Shown here one piece after another: positions 1 through 13,260 of a stretch of 64,000 nucleotides of DNA. A program made the position numbers and the translations under genes. The notes beneath the pieces are model-generated. The model saw nothing but the letters and a program-made list of their open reading frames with translations. It was not told where the DNA came from and made no database searches. Source of the DNA: the human T2T-CHM13v2.0 reference genome, Homo sapiens. Within the stretch, counting starts at the first letter, position 1. The number at the start of each line of letters is the position of its first letter. The stretch lies in the NCBI RefSeq assembly GCF_009914755.1, contig NC_060927.1. One strand, given 5' to 3'.

Positions 1-224
1 GCTCTGCTAGAGATTATAATTTTTGATTTCTTCAAAGCAGATAGTGCCAAGCATACTGGAAAATGCTTATGAATTGATTATTTCTTTGTATGTATGTTTC
101 TGATTGTGACATGATACTGGTTATTTTGTATTTACAGATAAACCACAAATTCATCTTCTTCCATGCTTTGTGATAAAAGAATTGGGCCCTGAAACTTTCT
201 TCTTTGCCACCCAGCAAGATGTTC

Positions 225-958
225 ATCCTTGTCAATAGAGGATGCTGAAGGGAGACTTGGGGAGAAAGGAGTTTTCTTTTTTTGGTTCAGGCGTGGCTCT
301 CTTGCCAGACTCCAGCAGAGAGTGTTTTCTCTATTGCTTGGCCCACAGTTTCTCCCGTGCTCAGTTCCTAAGGAATGCTCCTTTCTCCAGTATTTGGCTG
401 CAGTGCAATCCTTCCAGCTCTCTACTCAAGCAGTGGTGGTATACCTGGGAGCCCAAGAGCATGCAGGCTGGTGCCCCAGCCCAGGTCACTGTTCCAAACC
501 TCAGGAACGTACATGCCCAGGACTGCATAAGGCTGGGCATCTAGCAAGCTGGCCACCTGACTTTTATCCCTGCAAATGTCCTAGAGATACTCTGGTCCAA
601 TCCAAGCACAAAAGTGAACTAAACGCTGCAGAAGAAAGCCCCTCCAGCACCCAGTTCCACAAGTGCTCAGCAGCCCACAGCTTCCCTCAGCACCTAGAAA
701 GTTCTGAGGCTCCAAAATTTCCTGCAGTCAGCCTTCTCCAACATCCCCGAGGAAGACTTCAGGCACGTTCTCCTAGCCCAACACTGCTGGGACTTCTCTG
801 CCAGTAAGCAGAGCCAGTAAGCTACCTCTGTCCCCGCTCCAGAGAGGCCTGGACCTCAGCCTGGATCAGGAGGGCCTTTCTCTGCGTGCTGTATCTCACC
901 GTGGGTGTAGTGGCTGTTTCTTATATCAGTTATCTCTGTATTCTTTAGAGATCTCTTT
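225..958 (-). mobile_element. Old ERVL-class LTR-like sequence (LTR16/LTR33-like); ORFs 229-807 and 242-544 are chance ORFs within it
   Basis: GC-richer block in an AT-rich context with LTR-like composition; the translated ORFs resemble no protein I recognise. Family call from memory only. Confidence 0.3.
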
Positions 959-984
959 AATTCCTATAAAGAAGAATGAGGGGG

Positions 985-1116
985 GACCCAACTTTATAAC
1001 TTCATTTAAACCTAATTACTTCCCAAAGGCTTCACCTCCGAATACCATCATATTGAGCGTTAGGGTTTCAACATATGAATTGAAAGGCGGACACAAAAAA
1101 TGTTCAGTCCATAATA
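985..1116 (-). mobile_element. MaLR LTR fragment (MST/MLT1A-type)
   Basis: aaacctaattacttcccaaaggc...ccatcatattgagcgttagggtttcaacatatgaatt...ttcagtccata matches the reverse complement of the MST/MLT1A 5' end. Confidence 0.65.
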
Positions 1117-1724
1117 ATTTTATGGAGAAATTAGGTATTGGTCTACCATTTTTATATTAGTCTATCATTTTAATATGAAGCCATTTTAACATGTTAGGTC
1201 TAAAAAGGACAGGTAAAAGTCATCTAGGTCATTGCTTGGACTTCAAGTTCAATTGTCAAATAACTCAATAATTAAGACTTAGGAATGAAGAATTATTTCT
1301 CTACTATTAGAACTGTGGTCAGCAATTCTAGATAAGTTTTTTAATTACTCAGCTAGAAGTTAAAATCTTTGTAGTCCTATCGCTATTTATATTATATCCA
1401 TGTGAAAAAATCTTAAATCTCTAAGCGAAAATTCATATGATATATTATAATCAGACTCAATTTTTATATTTGTAAACATTTCTCCATTGATTATTACCTT
1501 TTTAACATTCAAGCTGATATCCTAATTACAGAAAATGACATTTTAAAATCTAGGATAATCATTTGAAAAGAGTGAAGAATTAATTTTCCAGGCAAAACTA
1601 GAAACGGAATAAAAAGATTAAATAAATAAAATAAAAATATATGCTTAATCTCAAGAATAATTCTCTAAAATTTGTTTCTGTAAAGATGAAATGAATTAGT
1701 GATAAATGGTACTAGTCAATTCTG

Positions 1725-1726
<2 letters not shown>

Positions 1727-1756
<30 letters not shown>
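1727..1756. repeat. (TG)n microsatellite
   Basis: About 15 perfect GT units. Confidence 0.95.
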
Positions 1757-1758
<2 letters not shown>

Positions 1759-3169
1759 AAATTGGCAAAATTGCATTTGGCAGAGTTGCATATATATTAT
1801 ATATACAGAGTTGTACATATGTTGTGTATTAGATATACAACTCTGCCAATTCCCTTCTCAGTTCTACTTCATAATAGCTATATGAGTTTGGGAAAATGTC
1901 TTAAACCTCTTTAGAGGGCAATTTTTTAATCAAGAAAATAAGTATAATAAAATTATCTTGCAAATTGTTGTAAGTAATAATAGATATGAACACATGGAAA
2001 GTCTCAAAAAATATGTCTTCTCTGTTCCCTTCCTCAGGAGTCTGGCGGATAATGTGCTCCACCTGACCAACAAAAGGAAAATAGCGTATTCAAGAAGCAA
2101 GAAATTCAACAAAGGAGTGAATTAGAGGGAATTCACATCCTGCCTCCAGGTGATGTTGATAGGAGACTCAGGTTAACTACTATGTTAGAGCAGGAAGATG
2201 GAGGGCAAGAAGAACATAGCTAAAAAAAACCCCAAATCTGATAGATTATGTATTGTGTTTGAAGATGTCAAGAGGGTATGAATAACTGATTGATCCACAG
2301 AAAAGTAAACAAAAATAATAGCTATCAATTCCAAGGATAGTCAACACTGTATGACAAAAGGACATAAAATAAAATTATGCCACATGGCTCTGTGGTGACT
2401 AATATTTACAGTCAGAATGCTGTCTACAGTAATGAGCTAATCATAATATATTGGGATGATGGAAGGAGGGGTGTAAGAGAGATAAACCTTCACCTCTTCA
2501 TAACAGAAAGCCATAGGTAATGCATAAAACTGAAAAAGAAAATCAAGAAATGGAAGTACGAGCATTTTCTGGTAATGATGATAAATACCAGAAGAAATAA
2601 CTAAAAGTAAAATAATTTTGCAAAGGGCATAACGATACCATTGCAATTCCCTGCCTGATCCATTCCCATCTCCAGTGTCTTCTTCCCAGAGGAAACTACT
2701 TTCACTCTTTTAGCTATTTCATTTGGTATTTACCACCATATTTCTAAAAGTAAAGATTAATTTTTTAAAGAAACAGACTGTAGTATATCTACCTATCATA
2801 GGCTCTATTTCATGGTAAGTAGCTGCTACTAGTTGCATGTTGTTGTTATTGTCGTTGTTAAATGAAGAAAACTAAGTTGTGTTATGAGCATTGGAATGCA
2901 TCAGGAGACACACCATTAGAATGGTCAAATATTTCAAAGTGCTGCCTAAGGAGCCCTTGGCACTCATAGGCAGCAACGTGGACTTTTTTGTACTACATGT
3001 CCCTATGCAGACACAGAGATATAATTAACAGAAAGGGAAAAGGAAAGGGGAGTGAGAAAGTTGAAGAGTCTGAATGTTATTTCAACTTAATAAGATCAAT
3101 AAACTAGAATTGTCCTCTTACAAGAGAAGAAATACCTTGGCACCCCACAGTATTTCAAATATGTCAGAG

Positions 3170-3420
3170 GATAATAGTTAATACCTACATAGAACTTACT
3201 ATTGGTCAAGCATACTACTCAAGAAGAGGCATACATTATTTCCATCAATACTGATGACAACACTATGGGATAAATATACTGTTTTTTATTTCCCACTTTA
3301 CAGATGAGGAAACTGAGGAGCAGATTAAGTAATTTGGCCAAGATTATGCAATTAGTAAATGAAGAGCCTGGTCTCAAACCCATATAACACAGCTCTGTGA
3401 TCCTTGCTTTTTATCATTAA
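3170..3420 (-). mobile_element. MIR SINE
   Basis: MIR core in reverse: cccactttacagatgaggaaactgagg...agattaagtaatttggccaag. Confidence 0.75.
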
Positions 3421-5521
3421 TCCATGAAATGGGATCCATATAGAACCAAGCTCAGGTCTATGTCTTTTTCTGCTATTAGACTCTGGTAGGGGAAAGTTAG
3501 GCAGGGAAGGATAAACTGGAACTCTGTGTCAGAGGAGGTTTCTCTGTGTTGGTGATGCTGTCAGGTAGAGGGAGGAGGTAAGTAAAATGAGCTGATTGTT
3601 AGCAAATATGCATTTGAGGTTACTACTGTGCCCACAGCCTACCCTGGACCCACAGTTAACATATTAATGGTATATGCTGTATGTATATATACTCCTCCCA
3701 TAAGCCTAAACACAGCCTCCCAGAATGGGAACCCTCTGTGGGATGAAGGGGAGAGAAAATGACATCAGTCAGGAGTAAGAAGTACACTTATTTTCTGCTC
3801 AAGAGTAGGAAAGGGTCTGCCAAGGGAGAGGGTGTTTTAGAGCCAACCATGGCCGTGCTAATGCACCCCACTCATGGAAAAGTTAGAGGAAGAGAAGGAC
3901 AAATCACAGAACCCTAGATCAAAAGTGCTCTGAAGAAAAGATATTTCTTAACTCTCCCGAGCTTTAATTATGTTTAAAAAAGAAAAATTAAACAAATTTA
4001 AAAGAAATGAAAACATTATCAAGAATCTGATTATTAGGGACTGGAGAAGGGAAGACTTGCTGCAAATGGGTTCAGATATTATACATTATCAGTAAAACTG
4101 TTTCAAAGCTTGAGTGCATCCTAATCCCCACCTAAGGAGACTAGAACATGTTCTCAGATTTCCTGGAGAGTGACTTAAGAGCACATAATATATACCCTTT
4201 GGAATATAAGCAAGACCAGTTCGTAAAGTATCTCATTGCAGAGCAGCTTAAATTCCTGCTCCTTCCCAGCTGTGCTCAGACACTTGGCTGCCAGCAGAGA
4301 GAAAAGACAGAGCTCCCCAGAGACCCACAGAGTCAGTGTGCTTTGCTGCAGGGAGTTTAGCTTTCAAGGAAGAGATAACTATTAACCCTTTGCTTGGTGA
4401 CTGTACACATCTACATGCAAAATGAATTATATTTCATACAAGAATTTGCTTTTCCTAGTTCCTGAATCTGATGTCGTCTAGGAACATTGATTCCCTTAGA
4501 GATATATGTGGGCCCTACTTTGGGAATTCTATGGGCCAGCCACAGTTACTTTTCCATTGTAAAGCCTGGGCTGGTAGGAGTGGGCTGTGAAGCCCATGTT
4601 ACGCAGTATTAGAGGAGGCAGGGAGGCTCTACTTCTTGTTAACCACATCCCTCCACCCAAAGAGGAATCTTCCTTAACTTTTTGGGATGGCCTCTTGTTA
4701 CTGATAGCTTTAGTGGCTTACTGCTTTTGTCTTCCAGAACCTATTTCTACCAATAATAACAAAAGAATAAGAGATGAAAACATCTTGCCGAGCCTCTGTA
4801 AACACACAGGTCTAAGGAACTTACTCCTAGGATGTGGGTGGTATCAAAGGAATAGCAAAGTGCTGCAGCATCTTAATATGACTGTTTTAAGCTGTGAGAC
4901 ATTTTTTAAAATTCCATCACTAAGTTATGCAACAATTTTAGCTGCTTTGAGTAATTAAGAGGGTGTTGTTCCTAAGAGTCCCCATGTGCCTGTAGTACAA
5001 ACAGCTGTCCAACATCTGCCAAGAGTTAAGAACGAACACATTGAGGAAACTTGCTTTTGTTCATGAACAACAAACCTTTCATGACAGTCAGTTTACAAAA
5101 AACAATAAGCTTTTATTTTGTTGAAATTATGTTTTTGATTTCTGGCATTACAAAAGGAGTATTTAAAATGTAAATTGATTCACAGTGGTCCTGTTAACTG
5201 AGGCCAGCTGTGCAGATGAGGACTGGACATCATATGTTCTCATTTACTCTTCTTTCCTGAGTTTCCTCCATAGGCACCCTCCCAGCACACCTGCAAACAC
5301 ATTCTGCCATCTTCTCAATGTCATTAACGTGCAAACAAATGAAATGGATTCACAATTTATAGGTCCCTGGGGAAAAATGCTTTCAACATTTCATAGAATA
5401 AGAATTAAACTTTTAATCTACTAAAATGAAAAATGCACAAATCCTATGACCTAGCAAATTTCTTTCTTGATAGCTACTATTTCAGTCAGCATTTCACCAC
5501 AGAAGCAGTTTTATTAGGAAG

Positions 5522-5585
5522 TATTAGGTTGGCGCAAAAGTAATTGTGGTTTTTGCCATTACTTTTAAAAACCCATAATTACTTG
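5522..5585. mobile_element. MADE1 (Hsmar1 mariner MITE), partial, nested in an older ERVL-like LTR (~5480-6210)
   Basis: tattaggttggcgcaaaagtaattgtggtttttgccattactttt is the mariner TIR; the second arm is degenerate (aaaacccataattact). Confidence 0.8.
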
Positions 5586-6459
5586 TATTAGGAATTTGAC
5601 CTTATGCAATTGTGGGAGCTCACTGCACAGTCTATATGAGACTGTCGTGTTTGTGCCTGATGCTGGAAGGTACAGCTCACAGGGCAGTCAGGAAGGGAAG
5701 TCAGGAGGAAGGGAAGACAGAAAGTGATGTAGGGGAAGACAAAATGACCGACATTCTAGAACCTGGAGGCTGAGGCTAAAACAACAAGGAAGAATGGAAA
5801 CCTGCATTAGTCTCTCAACACCACCAAACCTCTCACTTAGATGATTAGGCTGTTCTGCAGGAGAGGTTGGCATGTGTCATCATGAAGCTAACCATGCACC
5901 TTTCCCAGGAGTAAGAGAAACTGATGCCAGATGTTCAGCTGGAGTTGGCCTAGTTGTGGCCCAGCTCCTGCCCCATGCTGGTCATACAAGCCAGTAGATA
6001 AGCCTATTGTATGTGTGTGAGCTCCAACGATGAGGCCTGGTGCCTAGCTCTGCCTTGCCAAGCATAAAAGGGATTATGGCTCCTGCCAACTTCCACCTTC
6101 CCAATCTCGCACACAATGTCTCTCAGAGCCCACCCTGTATAGGAATTACGTAAGAAAGGGAATTCTGAGACGCATAATTCCAATTTAGTAAAGTTGAAAT
6201 AGAAATCTGTCATACTACTTAGATAGAGACTCATATGCCCAAGGAGTAAGCACAGAATATGCAGGCTACATTCTGTTTATGAAAAATTAGAAATATTTTA
6301 AAGGTTTTTTAATACCTGAGCTATATCCACATAAGACATATTGCAATTCCAGCTAATGAGGTTGAGATATGTATTAACATGGCAGAAGTTATATGTATTG
6401 TATGTGAGCATGTTTTTAAAACATACAACATGAAATTGTATGAAACAGCTCTATAAGCA

Positions 6460-7400
6460 CATTTGTTCATGTATTCAATATATGTTTACCATCTATTTTA
6501 TGCTAGGTTCTCTTGTAAGCACAAGGAATACAGCAGTAAAACAAACAAAAAATTCTCTCTGCCTCCAGGGAGCTAATATTCTAGCTGAGGAGACAGACAA
6601 TAAAAAAGTGAATAAGTAAAAAATATCATGGCTTAGGTGGCGATAAGTGCTATCAAGGCAAAGAAAGCTGGGAAAAGGAATAATGAACATTGGGGGTACT
6701 GCAATTTTAAAGGAGGAGGCCAGGGATGTCCTCACTAAGAAGATGATATTTAATTAAAGATTCAAAGGAGATGAGAGAGCCAGCCATGTGAATATCTGGA
6801 AAAATATGTTCTAGGCAGAGAAACTAGTAAGTACAAAAGCCTCGGGACAGGAATGGGCCTGGTGTGCAAGAGGAATAACAAAGAGATTCGTGTGGGGAGA
6901 TGTAACCAAGGAGGAGCAGAATAAACTGGGGGTCAGGCCTAGCAGTGCCTTGCAGGCTGTAATGCATCCTTTGGGTTTTACTCAGAGAGAGATGGAAGCC
7001 TTTGGAGGGTTTCAAGTGGTGAATTTATTTATTAAAGCATGTCGTCCTGGCTGCTATGTTGAGACTACACCATAGAGAGACCAGAGTGAGGCACCAGTGA
7101 GTCAGCTACGACAATAATCAACATGAGAGATGGGGTGGCTTGGACTGGGGTGCTGTTGGAGATGAAGAAGTAGCTGGATTCTGAAGATATTTTAAAGGTA
7201 GAGCCAACAGGATTATCTAACATACTGGAAGTGGGCTGTATGAGAAAGAGAGGAGTCAAGGTGACTTTAAGCAGAGCTTTTTAGCCTGAGCAGCTGAGGT
7301 ACAGGAAGTCATGGAAATCATAGATTTAGAAGAGATAATTTTAGACTGGTTCAAGTCTGAGACACCTATCTGACATTCTAATTGAGATGTCAAGTGGTCT
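6460..7400 (-). mobile_element. L2 LINE 3' fragment
   Basis: Reverse L2 3' end (attcaat...tgctagg...ctctgcctccagggagctaatattctag...gagacagacaataaa) followed by the typical purine-rich L2 body. Confidence 0.75.
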
Positions 7401-8478
7401 TTTTGCAGCCAAAATCATATTCAACCCATATTAAAGATAGGCTTGACTCCTTGTAGCACTAATAATGTGTGGTGGACGATATTGCAGAATTAACTGGCTT
7501 ACAGGTAACCCCCAGAAGTTCAGAAAGTATTTCTAAGGTACCAAATGTGTATTTGGAAATAAAGGATTAGCTGACCTTCATTTCGCAATCATCTTTTTTA
7601 TTCTACCTACTGCCTTTTTAACCACAAACACAAACATTCAGGCAAAATGAGAAGGAATTTAGCTAATAAGCCACTTGAGTTAAATATTTTTTTCTCTTTA
7701 AAGATAATCAGTTGTTTGGCTAAAGCTTTTCAAACATTTAAATATGTAGATGCAGTTACTTTTCTGCCTGTTTTATTAGACTTATGTCAGAAAGAAAACG
7801 ATCTACATGCCCTATGTCATCATTATCCTTTTGTTTCTCAGCAATCTTCCAGGTTTGTGAATATTAGCTTCCTGAAATAAATGTACTCAAATTCACTGTG
7901 AAGAATGAATGACTTCTAAGGTTTTGGTAATCTGGTCAGGTGAATCTAGTTTCATGGAAACAATGCAAGGCTATAAAACATCTTACCCTGAAGCACTTAA
8001 AATATGGATGCTGCGATATGAATGGATGGTGTGAATAGCAAAAACATTTTTTAAAATCACAAACTTATGTTATTTTTAATTTTCTACTGTCAACTTTTTA
8101 AAAACAATTCATAGGCAATTGTTTCCATTAATATGGAAGAATCATCTTGTCTTTCTTTTTTTTTAAGTTTCCCAGATATGAAGGACTGTGAGACTAAATA
8201 AATCATTATATATTCCACAAGCAATTCTCCTGCGACAGCCTTTCAAAAAAGAATTAGGAAGCCTGAATATTAAATGCCAGCAACCCATGACTAGGATAAG
8301 GTCAGTTTCAAGGATAAAGACATTTTTGAATTGAGCAGTTTGTCACACTTACGTAAAAACAATTTGAACAATAAGCCTTTGTTATTGTATGTCTAATTTA
8401 TGAAGAAAGCCATTACCCTCAGTAACTTCACTTACAAAAAGGGAAAGTATACGCATCCTCTCTCTCCCCTTCTATCCT

Positions 8479-8482
<4 letters not shown>

Positions 8483-8540
<58 letters not shown>
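8483..8540. repeat. (CT)n(CA)n compound microsatellite
   Basis: Direct reading. Confidence 0.95.
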
Positions 8541-8548
<8 letters not shown>

Positions 8549-8578
8549 TGATCACAAAATTGAATGTCAGTGGCTTTT

Positions 8579-8878
8579 TTTTTTTTTTTTTTTTTTTGAG
8601 ACAGAGTCTCGCTCTGTCGCCCAGGCTGGAGTGCAGTAGCGCAATCTCGGCTCACTACAAGCTCCGCCTCCTGGGTTCAAGAGATTCTCCTGCCTCAGCC
8701 TCCTGAATAGCTGGATTACAGGCATGTGCCACCACACCCAGCTATTTTTTGTATTTTTAATAGAGACAGGGTTTCACCATGTTGCTCAGGCTGGTCTCAA
8801 ACTCCCGACCTTAGGTGATCCACCCGCCTCGGCCTCCAAAAGTGCTGGGATTACAGGTGTAAGCCACCGCGCCCAGCC
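8579..8878 (-). mobile_element. AluS (Sx-like), full length
   Basis: Poly-T, both monomers; TSD tgtcagtggctttt at 8565-8578 and 8879-8892. Confidence 0.95.
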
Positions 8879-9880
8879 TGTCAGTGGCTTTTAATTCAAT
8901 TAAAATATACATCTTTACAGAGAATACAAGCAAGTCTAGCCTGTTGATAATGTTTGGAAGACTTTTCATGTGGAAACAATATCTATTTTTGCATCAGTAT
9001 TGATTTTTCAAGTTTAAACTGTCATCATTAATGGCACTAGTCTTTATGTGAATATTATTAACTCACACTGAAGACTATATATTGAATCAGAAGCCAACCT
9101 AACTGCACAATACTTTTTTGTACTATTAAAACTACACATACATTTGGGAGTAATAAATTAACTATTTCTTTATTCACTGATTTCTATGAATTTATTAACA
9201 AAATTTCTAAAATATGAATAGCTCTACATGTGCACAGAACCGTCCTTACTGTTGGAGTCATATGAATATTTGCCGGATGTTGTTAGGTATGATAATGCAT
9301 TTTAATTAAGTAGCAGTATACCCACATTTTTAAGGGTATATTGCATCACATGCACATTGGGGTATGCGTGATGTCTGACTAATTTAAAATGCCTCACAAA
9401 ATGAAATCAATAAAGCAAAAATACAAAATCTTAATAATTAATAATTATGGGTGATGTGTTTATGGGAGTTGATTATATTATTCTCTATGTGTATGTTTGA
9501 AATTTTTTATACTAAAACATAAAATCAATCACTTCTGTCAGTCAGCTTCCTCTTTATAAACAGTAAAATTTCAAATGCAGAATTATGATTATTTCACACT
9601 GTGGTCTTTATATTAATAAGCCTGAAAATATGCTAAAAAAATGTAGGCAGACTATTTCCAAAGATAGAGTAGGAAAGCTAACATTGACGGAAAACATACT
9701 CTTTTCAGGCACTGTAGGCATGATAGCATTTAACCCACACAATAATCCTCTGTAATTTCCATATTGCAGATGGAAAAATTGAGACCTAGAAACAGGCTAA
9801 GTAACTTGCCAAATTCAAACAAAATAGTAAGGCTAGAGTTGGGATGCAACTCTAGAGCTAATTGCCTCTGAATATAGTTC

Positions 9881-10164
9881 TTTTATTTTTATTTTTTTTT
9901 TGAGATGGAGTCTCTCTCTGTTGCCCAGGCTGGAGTGCAGTGGCGCATCTTGGCTCATTTCAACTTCCGCCTCCCAGGTTCAAGCAATTCTCCTGCCTCA
10001 GCCTTTTGAGTAGCTGGGATTACAGGTGCCCACCACCATGCCCAGTTAATAGGGATGCGGTTTTACCATGTTGCCCAGTCTGGTCTCAAACTCCTGACCT
10101 TAGTGATCCGCCTGCCTCGGCCTCCCAAAGTGTGGGATTACAGGCATAAGCTACCGTGCCTGGC
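9881..10164 (-). mobile_element. AluS with the central A-rich linker deleted, adjacent to a MIR
   Basis: cccagttaat|agggatgcgg lacks the ttttgtatttttagt linker; degenerate TSD ctctgaatatagtt / ctctaaatagagtt. Confidence 0.9.
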
Positions 10165-10199
10165 TCTAAATAGAGTTATGTCTTAACTAGACTGCTGGG

Positions 10200-12420
10200 T
10201 CTTTAGAATAAATTTCTGAAAAAAATTCTCCACCATTAATACTAATTAAAAGAACTAAATCACAGATCTGATCCTGTATCATTTCTGATCAAAGATTTTT
10301 AAATGTCCCCTTATTAGCTAAGATATAGCAAACAAAATTCCACAGAAGCTTGCCCATCCAACCTCAGTTCTCACAGACCCCTCCATAACCACTTACCTCC
10401 TGGCCATTGTGATCTGTGGTTCCTTTTCCACACGCAATTCCCTCTACTTCAAATGTCCTGCACCTCTGGCAAAAACAAACACCTCATCTTCCAAGAGCCA
10501 GTTCAAATGTCAATTTGAGTTTTCTGAACCTCCCTGGAAAGGTTACATGCTCCTACCCTAACACTGCCAAAAGCCCTGTGTGACAGTGGGTGGAGTACTT
10601 GTCACACAGAGCTAGAAGGACAACTCATATATTGTTCTTTTCTACTTGCCACAATTCGTGTGTGTGCGTGTGTGTGTGCATGTGTGTGTGTTTTAATCCC
10701 ATGGTCTTTAAACCAAAGACTGAGGAGACAGTAGTCAGGCAAGAGGCAATGGAGGCCTTAAATATGTCAGGGCCAAAGCAATGAAAAGAAGAGACACCTG
10801 CAAGGGAGATTGGGGAAGTAGCCAGCAACAAAATTTGGCCCCTGCCTCTGGAGGGTGATGGGTTGTGTTCTGTCATTTCCCCCTGCCTCTCTGTGTTCAT
10901 GTTCTCTCTTCCCTTTCCTGATTCCTTCTCCCTAGGTTTTAAATGTTCTTGAATATCTCAGGTAAAACAAACCAATCAAAAATCCAGAAACCTCTTTGAA
11001 CTCCACAGCCATACACTAGATCACCTTTTACTCACATCCAATCATCCTACAAGAGTAGTCTTTTCTTTTTCTATTAATGTTCCACCCACTGCCATCTGGC
11101 TCCTGCCCCTGCCACTCTACTGACATGTTTACAAGTGGCCTCCTAGTGGCCTTCTAATTGCCAAATCTAAACAATAATTTTTAGCCTTCATCCTCCTACA
11201 TCCACCTGTTGCATTTGACATTCTTAAACCCAGTCTTTTTGAAAATATCCCTTCCTTTGATTTCTGGTACCCTGCAGGTCTGGCCTTTCTCCTCTGCCAT
11301 CATGTAGACTCCTTTTACTTTGACTATTTAAGTGTTCCCCAACATTTAAGGGTCCTTTCCTTGGGCCCAGTGTTCTCTTTTTACACGGTCTCTTTACATA
11401 TCTACCATCGTAATCCAATCACCACCTAATGATACCCACATCTGTTTCTCTAGCTTCAGCCTCATACATTCAGCTGCCTGATATTTGAATGACCTGTAAA
11501 CAGCACAGTCTTGCCATGCTCCAAACTAGATCAATAGAGTCACAATACAATGGCTGCCCTTATTCCACATTATTTATCCCTAGTGGTGACTATGCCATCC
11601 ACGCAAGATAGAAATCTACAAGTCATCCTTGATGTCTTACTTAAAGTTACTTTCCACTTAAAATCTATCAAGACCTGCTAGTATCAATAGCTTGATGTAT
11701 TTCACCCTCCCCTTCACTCTCATTTTCAGTAGTTTTCCGAGTTTTTCTGACTTAAAATTTTTTTTTTAATTTTAAGATCCGGGGTACCGGGGCAGGATGT
11801 GCAGGTTTGTTACATAGGTAAACATGTGCCATGGTGGTTTGCTCACCTGTCAACCCGCCACCTAGGTATTAAGCCCAGCATGCATTAGCTGTTTTTACTG
11901 ATGCTCTTTCTTCCCCCCACCCCCTGGCAGGCCCCAGTGTGTGTTTTTCCCCTCCCTGTGTACATTCTCATTGTTCAGTACCCACTTACAAGTGAGAACA
12001 CGAGGTGTTTGGTTTTCTGTTCCTGTGTTAGTTTGCTGAGGATAATGGCTTCCAGCTCCACCCATGTCCCCCCAAAGGACATGATCACACTCCTTTTTAT
12101 GGCTGCATAGTATTCCGTGCTGTATATCTGACTTGAATTTTTAAACACTTCTCAAATATACTTCTTTCTCGCCAAACCTAGTAAAGGCTTCTTAAACTCT
12201 CTCTGCTTACCCCTGTTTCAGCCTAGGCTTCTAACTCCTCTCCCTATTTCTGTCATTCTCCCTTCAGAAAGGTCCATCAGCACACAGCCACCAGCACGAT
12301 AAGTCTAAAACACATACCTGACCATGCCTAAAACTCTTCAATGACACTTCAGACTATAGGGGTGAATCATGGTTTGTTTGGTTTTTTTTAGGATGGTATA
12401 TAAAGCTCTCAGTTATCTAG
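10200..12420 (+). mobile_element. Decayed L2 fragments, interrupted by an L1 3' end
   Basis: Pyrimidine-rich L2-type text (ctacaagtcatccttgat, cacacagccaccagcacgat...tctaaaacacatacctgaccat). Confidence 0.55.
11758..12126 (-). mobile_element. 5'-truncated L1PA (about PA8-PA13) 3' end
   Basis: Reverse L1 3'UTR (caggatgtgcaggtttgttacataggtaaacatgtgccatggtgg); near-TSD tctgacttaaaattttt / tctgacttgaattttt. Confidence 0.9.
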
Positions 12421-12832
12421 TTCAACTGCTTTTATAGTTTTTAAAATAAAGACCCACAATAAGAGAAATATCTTTGTTATGTTTCAGCATACACATACAT
12501 TTAAATAAAACAACATATACCTTTACTATATATGATGTTGATTTCTAGTCTATTCTCTTTTTTTAAAAATTGGCAATCCATATTGATTTGAAAAGTGCTG
12601 GTCTAGCATCAGTTTACCTCTAAAGTCTCACCTTGCTATTATTACTTCCAACACATATAGGATACTCAAGCAATACCACACTGAATTAACAAATGAACAA
12701 ATTAATGATACTTCAGAGATTTCATAAAGATGCTGTAATTGTGTTTTCTGAAAAACCTAACAAGTTGGAAAGTGGAAGAAATGATTAAGATTTGCCAGAT
12801 AGACTATATAAATACAAAACTCACAAGCAAGC

Positions 12833-13260
12833 TGTGTCTGTTATCTTTAGCCATGTAACAAATCACTTCCAAAGTTTAGTGGCTAAAAACAACACAATTT
12901 CTTATTTCTCATGAATCTGTGAGTTAGCTGGTTGGCCCCTCTATGGTTTCACCTGAGCTCACTCACACAGCTGCATTCAGCTAAAACAAAAAAAGGGCCA
13001 TGATGGCCTCTCTCAAATGCCTGGTGGTTGGTGTTGACTGTTGGCTGGGTGTCTCAGCTGTTCTGCATGTGGCCTCTCATTTTCCAGTAAGCTAGATGGG
13101 TCTCTTCCATGAAGTTTTAAGACAGCATCCAAGAGAGCAAAGGTGGAAGTGGCAAGGCCTTTTGAGGCCTTGGCTTTGAAGTACTCACAATGTCACTTTA
13201 GGCAAAGCAAATCACAAGACTAGCCAAGACTCAAAGAGTGGGAAATAGAATCTACCCCGG
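12833..13260 (-). mobile_element. MLT1 (old MaLR) LTR
   Basis: catgtaacaaatcacttccaaagtttagtggctaaaaacaac...tttctcatgaatctgtg is the MLT1 3' end in reverse. Confidence 0.7.

Noticed and set aside
229-807. 192-aa ORF as a host gene
   Set aside because: No recognisable domain, low-information composition, lies in LTR-like sequence, no splice context
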